Of a DNA stretch of 64,000 bases, positions 47,837 through 64,000 are shown piece by piece; within the stretch, counting starts at the first letter, position 1; each line of letters starts with the position of its first letter. A model generated the notes under the pieces. It made no database searches. It saw nothing but the letters and a program-made list of their open reading frames with translations, and was not told the origin of the DNA. Source of the stretch: the human T2T-CHM13v2.0 reference genome, Homo sapiens; NCBI RefSeq assembly GCF_009914755.1, contig NC_060934.1. The stretch is one strand, 5' to 3'. Position numbers and translations under genes: made by a program.

Positions 47837-50237
47837 CAGGGGTTGGTAAACTACCATCCATGGGCCAAATCTGACCCCTGTCTGGTTTTTTTATATCCCC
47901 CCAGCTGATATAATGGTCTTTAAATTTTTAAGTGATTGAAAAATACAAAAATAACAATATTTTTGGTACATACAAATTATATGAAGTTCAAATTTCAGTA
48001 TCCATAAATAAAGTTTTATTGGAACCAGCCATGCTCTTTCTTTCATATATATATCTATTATCTATGATCACTTTCCCACTACGATGGCAGAGTAGAGTAG
48101 TTGTGACATATTGACTGTATATGTTGCTTTTATTGCTTTGCAGTGCTGCTGGGTACACTACAAATCATACTGACATAGTTATCATTTGATTGTGTTTTAC
48201 ATGCCACGTTGTACTGTGACATCTTATTTTTTAAACTGCCATTTCATACCTATCATCTCAAAACAGTAAAAGAAGAGAAAAGTGGACTTCAAATGACAGG
48301 TACAGTGGAGTGTAGATGACTGTTATCAAATTAGATGGCAAAGCATTGTGTTTATTGTGCATGACACTTTGGCTATGCTAAAAAAATACAATATATACAG
48401 GCATTTCTAGGTTAAACACTCATCACATTATTCTCAACTCACCAGTAACCAATAATCATAGAAATAAAAAATTAAATTGAATATATCATCACAGTAGATT
48501 TTTTTCACAAAAATAAAAAGTGCAAATAACACTGCATCAAAAATAATTTTCTGAGTAGCTCATTTGTTTCCCAAGCAAGGAAAGCTATTTACTGAGGATG
48601 AATAAATTAAATTGTGTTTGATTATAGCAGTTGAATAAATTATCCAGATAGAACAAACCTGTTTAAGACTATTAGCTTTTTGGTGAGAACAGTTGCTTGA
48701 ATAGTTGAGAATACTGGAAGCAATGGCAATTGTTGATTAAAAGACAAGGCAAATAATTTTGAGTGGTTTTCCTTGCATCTTGATGGGTTGACAGATATAG
48801 CTGATACCACTCAGTTATTATTTATTTGAGGAGTCAATTCTGAGTCTACAGTGATTAAAGAATTAGCCTAATGAATAGCCTGCATTGTAAAACTATAGGT
48901 GACAACATTTCCAAAAAAACTGAGAGAACACAAATTCTGCACAACCTGAAGGGGAATCTTCTAAGATGTGTTCCAATAGACGGTGGTAAAATATTTATTT
49001 TAAAGCAGAAAAAGGGTTTAATTGTACAAATTCATATAGCTTTTCAAAATGTAAGGCATCTTAAACCTATAGTGACTCATATTATTCATCAGCGGTGCTT
49101 TGTGGAACATATTTAAATCTATCATGTGTAATTGAAACAGTAGTGTCAATGGTGATATTCATTTACTTTTGCGGACTTAACCATCATTAGTCCTGTAAAG
49201 TTTTGTTAGAATAGAATCTGAATATTCTACTTCTCTATCACATGGCAGAAACAATTGCTAAGTAGTAGTAACATTTCATTATGATTTGTTTGAGCTCAGG
49301 GCCAAGATTGAAATTTTTATGAATGAGATGCACCACTATCACCTATAATTGAATACTGAATAGTTTTGGAAATGAGCTTTCCTACAGACTGTTAATGTTT
49401 CTTTAAAAATTCAACCTAAAATTGTTAGGCAAAACAGCACTTACAAGTGAAATTTATACTGTGGTAAAGTCATTTCAGTGACAACTAATGTTGTTTGAAT
49501 CACATGTAATGTCAAACTGCTTTCTACATTTCCTGTGCTGTCAAAAGTTAAAACAAGAAGCAAGACCTCCATTTCCACACAAACGTGCAGCAGATATATC
49601 TTTTGAGTTCAAACTACAATTCCAGCAGTGGATTTTTTTGGACTTTGATGCAAGTGCAAATGAAATTTCCTTATTTCAAAATCCATTTAACTGTGCAATT
49701 GAGGAGCTTCCACCTACCCTTCAATTGGAAGTAATTAATATAATGACATGCTAAAAGGCAAATACCAAGAGAAGAATCTAATAGAATTCTTTAAGTGCTT
49801 TTTAAGTAATGATTGTGCTAAATTAAAATCATATGTTCATCAACAGATATTAGTATTTGACAGTATCTATTTGTGTGAAAAGATATTTTCAAAGACAAAA
49901 TATGTAAAACCTCATTATGAATCAGCATTAACAGATGGGCATGGGCAATTGATTCTGATGATAGGAAGCACTAACTTTGAACCCCAATTAAGTGAAATGT
50001 TATCACTCTCCCACAATAAAAGAATTCAATTTTTCTCATCAGTAGACCTATATTATAGAAAATTATACTTAACTATTATTATCAAATTTTCCATTTTTGT
50101 CAATAAAGATTTATAGAAATTTGTTTTCTATCTTGTCATGTAATTGCCCACATAATATCCTTGATTTTGACTCTTGGCCTAAAAAGTCTAACATATTTAC
50201 TTTTTGGGTCTTAACAGAAAAATGTTGCCAATCCCTG
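47837..50237 (+). mobile_element. Near-full-length (2.4 kb) hAT DNA transposon fossil, Cheshire-like, with decayed transposase
   Basis: TIRs caggggttggtaaac ... gttgccaatccctg; 8-bp TSD-like acctagaa/acatagac; remnants KKRKVD, ALCLLC, CVPIDGGK, THIIHQ, YLCEKIFSK. Confidence 0.88.
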
Positions 50238-50979
50238 ACATAGACTATTCTCTTATGTCCTTTATTGTCAAAGGTGTCTACTAAAGATAATTCTCAAAAT
50301 AATTGTATAAGTTCATGTTTGTTGAGTGCTTACTATGTGCAAAGCTGTTTAAGTTCAGAGACTTTCTCAAGGTCAAACACTGGTAAATGAATTAACCATT
50401 ATTTAGATGGTTAACAATGATATAGATAGTACTGTAGTTATAATTCCCATTTTACACATGAAAAAACTTAGGCTCAGAGAGGCTAAGTAATTCCTCAAAG
50501 CCACACAACCTAGGCTTTGCAGCCAGGAAGATGAGATTAAATCATGCTTAATTCCCTTACCAGTGTATGACCTTGGGAAAGGCTGTGAACTTCAATTTCT
50601 CTACACTATAAATTGAAAATTATAGTACTGACTATATCATAGGGTTGATTTCAATATTAGATTAATTACTATATAGAAAGCACTTAGAACAACTATAGCT
50701 CTAGTGTGGAGTAGTCAGAAATGGCCTGGAAGTTCATTTTTAGTAAAGAGATTAATAAAATAGTTTATTATGTACCAGGAGTTGATGGAGAACAGTTCCC
50801 AATTCAGCTGTCAATTTGAGCTTTTCGCTTATGAAATCTATGCTATTGAGTTGACGTTTGTTAAGGAAAAGAACCTAATGTCTGATAAACAGGCAAAAAT
50901 TAACTATTACATTTAAATGTGACTATTGCAGATGTACTAAGTAGTTGAGAAAGCCAGTTGGGGTCATACTCACTTAGGC

Positions 50980-51185
50980 TTACACCTAGCTTTGCCTCCT
51001 TGTTAGCTGTGTGACCTTGGTCAAATCACTTAACCTTTCTGAGCTGAGGTACCCTCCTCTATAAAATGTGGATTTTAAGTAGGCTATTATAGAGGATGAT
51101 GTGAGGATTTTAAAAGACCATGCATCAAAAGTACCTAAGATGAAGCCTGATTTAAGAATGAGCTCAGCAAATGCTAGCTCATTTC
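50980..51185 (+). mobile_element. MIR
   Basis: agctgtgtgaccttggtcaaatcacttaacctttctgagc...ctataaaatg. Confidence 0.8.
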
Positions 51186-51324
51186 CTTGGATTAGCCTTT
51201 CTACACTGACCCAAGGCTTGCAAGGCAAAGCAAAACTAAATAAAAGCAAAATGAAGTTAAAAAGCCCAAACAAATAAAAACCAATTTGTTAATTGGGTGT
51301 TGGTGGATAAAAAGACTCTGAAAG

Positions 51325-51513
51325 TACATCCAGTCAAATTTGAATTTCAGGTAAACTATGAAATTATTTGTAGTATAAGTATATAAGTATGTAGTGTAAG
51401 TATCCCAAGCATTGCATGGGATATACTTACACTCACTAAATTCTTCACTGTTTATTCAAAATTCCAATTTAACTGGATGTCAGGTATTTCTATTTATTAA
51501 ACCCGGCAGCCTA
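51325..51513. mobile_element. MER53 palindromic MITE
   Basis: Inverted arms acatccagtcaaatttgaatttcaggtaaac (from 51325) and gtttattcaaaattccaatttaactggatgt (to 51480). Confidence 0.8.
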
Positions 51514-51699
51514 GACATGGTAGAATTTAGTAAGCCCAGACATGACAGACTCCTGAATAGCCAAGGCACAGAATTCAAAAGAGTCAAATGTGTTTCCAAC
51601 TTGCTAACTGCAAAAGCATCAAGGAAAAGGTTGACCCCACCCTCTCTGTCTCTGCCAAGCAAAGAGCCCAGATGGGAAACCCCAGGTGAGTGATTTAGC

Positions 51700-53460
51700 C
51701 TCCTGTGCATACTCTATGGGATCCTGGTGCAGAGGTTGCTGGGAAAACCGTGGCAGCCTGCCCTAGGTTTTCCTTCGGGTGGGGCCCTGTGGTTATGGTG
51801 TGGTGACTCTTTGTCACGGTGCCCCTGCCACGCCCTGCTTAGTCCACCTGGTGGTTGGGGGTAGGGGAGAAGAGAAGTTACAGGCAGAAAAAAAGGACTT
51901 ATCAATGTAACATATTTCTTAGGTGGTTTGTGCATTGCTGTTTGGGCTTGCAAAACTTTAATTATTACTTTGATGCAGAGTGGCTGCAGATTGTCACTGC
52001 CAGGCCTGATTTAATAGCCTGCTTGCACAAAGTCCGACAGAGATTGCTTTTGTTGCACTTTCTAACAGCTCGTGATGGTGGCTTTTTTACGTTAAGGAGG
52101 AAACTCTGTGGTTAAACTGTAGCCTAGGTATTTTTAGAGCCGTTACCATGTTAACCGAAATTTCGTACATTTCACCTGCAGGATATGCAGTCGTGCTTAG
52201 GGCCTTCCTTAAACTCTAACAAAAAATATAATTTAACAGTTGTTAATACTGTGCTTAGGACCAACTCCATGTTATCAGAAAAGCTACTGACCAAATACTG
52301 GACTGCTAAGAATCCTTTTTTTGGATGGGTGGTACTGTGCCATTAGAGAGTATTTTTTTTTCCTTGATATAAAACGAGTTGAAGGAACATAACCAAAAGG
52401 CTAAAATTGGTTAGTTCTAAAGGTCAGAGCCTGAAGGCAGTGACCCATTTGTTAATCATTAAGCTTTTCTAAGCCGTCTCTGACAGAATTCTGGCTTTCT
52501 GCCACTTCTCTGGTCATTTTAAACTGCAAATTCTTGTACTGTTTCAGTTTTTAAGTAGGTTTCAAAGGTTATGAGAAAGGCATAACTTGTTAGCTATTTT
52601 TCCTTATCAAACGTCTTTAGGGTTTTGGAAGGCAGAGCTGTTCTGTGTTAAGAGAATCCTCACAGCATACCCAGCCATACAGCATTTAAAGATGGACTCT
52701 TGGGTCCTCTGAAAAGGGTGGATTTCTAGCTATCATTCCCATGTTACTTAGTTTCCATAGATAAGCAGGATGTGAGGGCTGAGGACACCCACTTAGCCAT
52801 TAGGTATTAGTTCCCAAATCACTGCTATCTCAGGGTAGTTGTCTCCAATAATCCCAGCACTGAAAGTTCAAAAAACAGGAGCAAAATAACCACAATGTAT
52901 TTATCATCTTCTGTCATCAGTTATAAAGTGGAAGTACTTTAAAATATTTTGAATGCATTTTTGTAAAGCCCAGTGAGGTTCCAGTGCTATGACGTTTCAT
53001 TGCCAGAAAACTCAATGCCAGTTTATGCTCTAGTCCATCTGAATAAAAAGTGATCTGTACACCCAAAACACATAAACAGAACTAAATTTTATGTAGCCAA
53101 GGGACATTAAGCTGCTAAAACATTTGCTTCAATATTGAACATGGAATAGCTGTCCTCTATTTCTCAAGGGAAAAAATATACAGTCAAACCTTGCTTATCC
53201 ATAACCCAAACTTCCGGAAGCCTTAAGTATTTGGAACTGCTCCAAACCCAGAAGAGGGGAGGAGTGAGAGGAATAGAGTGGGGGTGGGAGAAGTGGGGAG
53301 CAGAGAGAGACAGAGAATGAACTAGCGGAAAGCAAGCAAGTCAGCTTTTAGAAGTAGACCTGAAGCCCTAGCAACACTGAAAAGAGACCTGGAGCTTACA
53401 TCTGATTGGCTTTCCAGCCAGAAGGAATAGAGAGCTCTGATTGGCTGGTGATGATGTCTC
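51700..53460. promoter_or_regulatory. Candidate intronic enhancer
   Basis: Repeat-poor stretch with clustered RUNX, ETS, TCF/LEF, E-box, GATA, PBX-HOX/MEIS and NF-Y motifs; motif evidence only. Confidence 0.45.
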
Positions 53461-54099
53461 CAAATAACCAGCCTTTTTCAGGAAAGCAAATTTATGTGGC
53501 AGAAAGGACAAGAGACAGAAGAAGCACGCAAGAAGAAAAGCGAGGAGAACAGAGCAAAAAAAAAAAAAAAAAAAAAAGGAAGATTATTTGTTACAGTGGT
53601 GGAGACTGAGACAAAAATGAGAATAACAAGCCTATTTACATAACTGCTTACAGTTTACAAAGTGCTTTTACATGTAATCATTGATATTGTCTTTACAAAG
53701 ACCTGCAGGGCTCCCAGAAGTTAAATGGCATGCCCCAGGTCACCCAGCTAGTAAGAAAAATAGTGCATGTCTTCTGGCTAAAAATCTAACACTTTTGATA
53801 TGGAGCAGGTGTTGTGGAGATAATGATTTAGAGTTGTCCTGTAGGACAGAGGGAAGCAAATGCTCTGACAGCAGAAAAGAAAATCAGAAGGCACGTCAGC
53901 CTGTAGTTTAGCGGGCAATGCAGACAGGAGTGAAGGGCTCCCTGTTCTTCACGACCACACACCTTGAAAACATAGATATAGGAAACATCTCTGTGGGTAT
54001 TTGGAAGGGGAGATGGTTGTGGTACAAATGAAACCTATGTCTAGAGGGCTCAGAGGGCAGTCCTGAATATATTTCCCTGGGGTGTATCACAGTCGCCTT

Positions 54100-54957
54100 T
54101 CATTTAACACGTAGAAGTTGGATACCTAATTATTCCTTCCATCTATCCTTGAAAGCTGTTCCTTCCTCAGGCTTAGTCGACAACATAACCATTCACCCAG
54201 TTGCTCAAGCTAAGAACCTGTAAGTCATCTTTGTCTTAATTTTCTTTCCATGTTTAATTTATCAGCAAGTCCTGTAGATTCTACTTCTAAAACACACCTT
54301 GAATAAGGCTACTCTGTTCATCTCCATAATCACCATTGTTTTCTCCTTCTGAGCCACTGCAATAACTTGCTATTTGGTTTCAATACTTTCTGGCACCCTG
54401 TCTTCCCCAGCTCTTGCCTCCTTCCCTTGAAATCCATTCTCTGGACTATGCCATCCTGCTTAAAACATGCCTGAGAATAATTCAAAATCCTTCCCAGGAT
54501 CTGGCCCCAGTTTAATTTGCCTCACTCTGCCTAGGACTCACTGTTCTAGCTATGGAGGCCTCCTTTTTGTTATCAGAACACAGCACAGTCTTTCCAGCTG
54601 AAGAGACTTAAATATTTTGCTGGTCCCTGTCTCCATGTTATCACATGGCTAGCTCTTTCTCCTATCTCATGCTATCTACACAGACAGTCCTACTCTCACA
54701 AGCTGTGTGAGAGTTCCCTTCATTCTCATAGAACCTTTTTATTAACTTTCTGTGACCTCTCAAACTGAAATTACTTATGTTTTTATTTGATTCCTTGTTT
54801 ATCATCGTCTTTTTATATGACTTCCCCCTACTAGTAATCAAACTCCATTAAGACAAGGATCAGGTCAATTGCCCTCATCACTGTATCCCCAGAGCTTACA
54901 ACGTGGTACACAGGAGATACTCAATAACTATGTGTCGAATGAATAAGTGAATAAATA
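54100..54957 (+). mobile_element. L2
   Basis: ccattcacccagttgctcaagc...catcactgtatccccagagc...ctcaataac...gaatgaataagtgaataaat. Confidence 0.82.
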
Positions 54958-55598
54958 TCAGGGAATTAACATACCCTACATGTTACATAGTACCATGCAT
55001 CAGTGGAGCCATGGATATGAGACACTGTGTTTCCTGTTTGTAACCTGTTATTTGTTAATTCCTGTCAGAGTTGAGAGCTCTGATAGTAGCTGCCATCATC
55101 TGGGGAGTTCTATGGAATCTTGCCACCATGAGTTCTGGAAAAGGGAATCTGTTTGTGTTGGGACTTGAGGGATGGTATAAATTAACTCCCAAGGTTTATT
55201 AGTAGTAAACAATTAAAATCCACCCTGAAATTGGAGCTTTACTAAAGATGGCTATTTTGTAGCATGTAGGAAATTACGATATTGGTTTACCTCCTAGGAT
55301 TCAAAAAGCATTCATTCTCTTTTGGAGCCAGAAAAGGAGAGGTATGTCTCCTAACAGAACTGTGCTGGGTTTTTTTTTGTTATTGTTGTTTTCTTTTTTT
55401 GACAGTCTGTGGAGCTCACACATTGGCCATAATAAAGCCTGCTATCTATTTTTGATTTGTCAAAGTTGTGCTTGAGAGTGATTAACATACCCTTAGCAAA
55501 ATGAATCATTCTATAGAGATTTAAAAGTCACGATGGAATAAATATCTTGGTCAAAGGTATTGCTGCTTTAATTACATTCATTTGTTTCAATATTTCGG

Positions 55599-55672
55599 TT
55601 TTAGGGATTTCTTAACTGAGTTGTTAAGGATCCTTTTAGGGATTTCTTAACTGAGTTGTTAAGGATCCTTTT
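55599..55672. repeat. Perfect 35-bp tandem duplication
   Basis: ttttagggatttcttaactgagttgttaaggatcc x2, then tttt. Confidence 0.95.
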
Positions 55673-55689
55673 GAAAGTGAAGTTTACCA

Positions 55690-55708
55690 TGGTGCCCTCT
55701 GGTGGAAT
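55690..55708 (-). promoter_or_regulatory. CTCF core motif
   Basis: Minus strand ATTCCACCAGAGGGCACCA vs consensus CCASYAGRKGGCRSY. Confidence 0.65.
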
Positions 55709-56712
55709 GAAATTCGCACAGTTTTTAAAGCTAAAGCCCTATCTAGTGAGAATGCATACAGAAATAAAAGGAGCAACATTAAATACAAATGTCCAAAAAC
55801 TATAAGCAGGGTACTCTTGCTATTGGGGGACTACAAGATATACCTGCCTCAGAATATTTACAGATTCAGGGATAGGGCATGTAGTTGCTATAAAGGAAGA
55901 GCAATGACATAAATACATACAATTCCAAATCCATTAGAAAATGAGGGCCAGAAGCCACAGCATTTCATATCATCTGGCAACACTGACACTGACTAATTAG
56001 GTATTATATTGAGAAAGTCAGAAGAAGGTGATGGCAATTACAGCATTTGCAACAATATTCATAAATAGCTAGGAACACAAGGGGGAAATACAATTTGGTT
56101 GTGGTCTATCAAGAACCAGTGGATATTCATTTGATAGGACTTTTGTAATTAGGCTCACCATCAAAGCTGATAAAATCATCAAAATGGTAAGTGTCCCAGT
56201 GTTGGTTCCTTGAAACTGTGTTGTGACCAGACTTAGTGACTCCTTGATAAAGCAGCTTTCACGTGTCTTCACAAGGAAATAAAGTGAAAGTCTCTGGGAC
56301 GCTATCTGGGTCACACACCACAGGGATCCTGCTCAGAGGATTTAGAACATTGGACCAGCTCACTAAGGAAAGATGTCAAGGCCCTTCTTTGAGGACCTAA
56401 GGAAGTTTTTAATATTCGTTCGTCTGAATGCACTAAATAAAACTCTCATTCCAAATAAGATAAAAGAGGGGAAAAAAGTGTTTGAGCATCCAATCCCCCA
56501 AAGTGTCTGCAAATTATTTAGTATTATTTCAGTACTCAAACTTCCTGAAAGGTGGAATGTGGGGCAGAGGAGTAGTGAGCAGGGACCATAGCACACATGC
56601 ATTTAGTCAGCTTGTTGGTTTTCTTATTGGGGACCTTTCTTTGAAACTTGGTGCACCTCAGATTTTAAAAAACCCAAAGCCAAAAAACAACTAACAGCTG
56701 GCTCTTCTAAAG

Positions 56713-57712
<1,000 letters not shown>

Positions 57713-57714
57713 TG

Positions 57715-64000
<6,286 letters not shown>

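Noticed and set aside
48871-50116. Domesticated transposase gene
   Set aside because: Broken across frames by many stops and frameshifts.
51840-51860. CCACCTGGTGG as a CTCF site
   Set aside because: Lacks the AG and GGC core positions; better read as an E-box palindrome.

Overview
This is primate (human-like) genomic DNA, AT-rich and dense in repeats. The only coding sequence I can support is one 174-bp minus-strand exon (28607-28780) whose translation matches the middle of renalase (RNLS; [58 protein letters not shown]). The rest is therefore most likely the two large introns flanking it. Transposon content: a full-length dead L1PA4/5 with TSDs, a 5'-truncated L1PA3/4 nested in an old L1M, a near-full-length Cheshire-type hAT transposon and a MER58 MITE sharing its termini, Tigger3 with a nested MER39 LTR, about ten Alus, several solo LTRs, MADE1/2, MER53, MIR and L2. 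I see no convincing new gene or new biological system. The best leads are regulatory or RNA-level: a repeat-poor motif cluster at about 51.7-53.5 kb with a strong CTCF motif at 55.7 kb, inverted repeats around the frame-symmetric exon, and two candidate cryptic exons. Repeat subfamily names come from recalled consensus sequences, not from a search, and boundaries of old elements are approximate.
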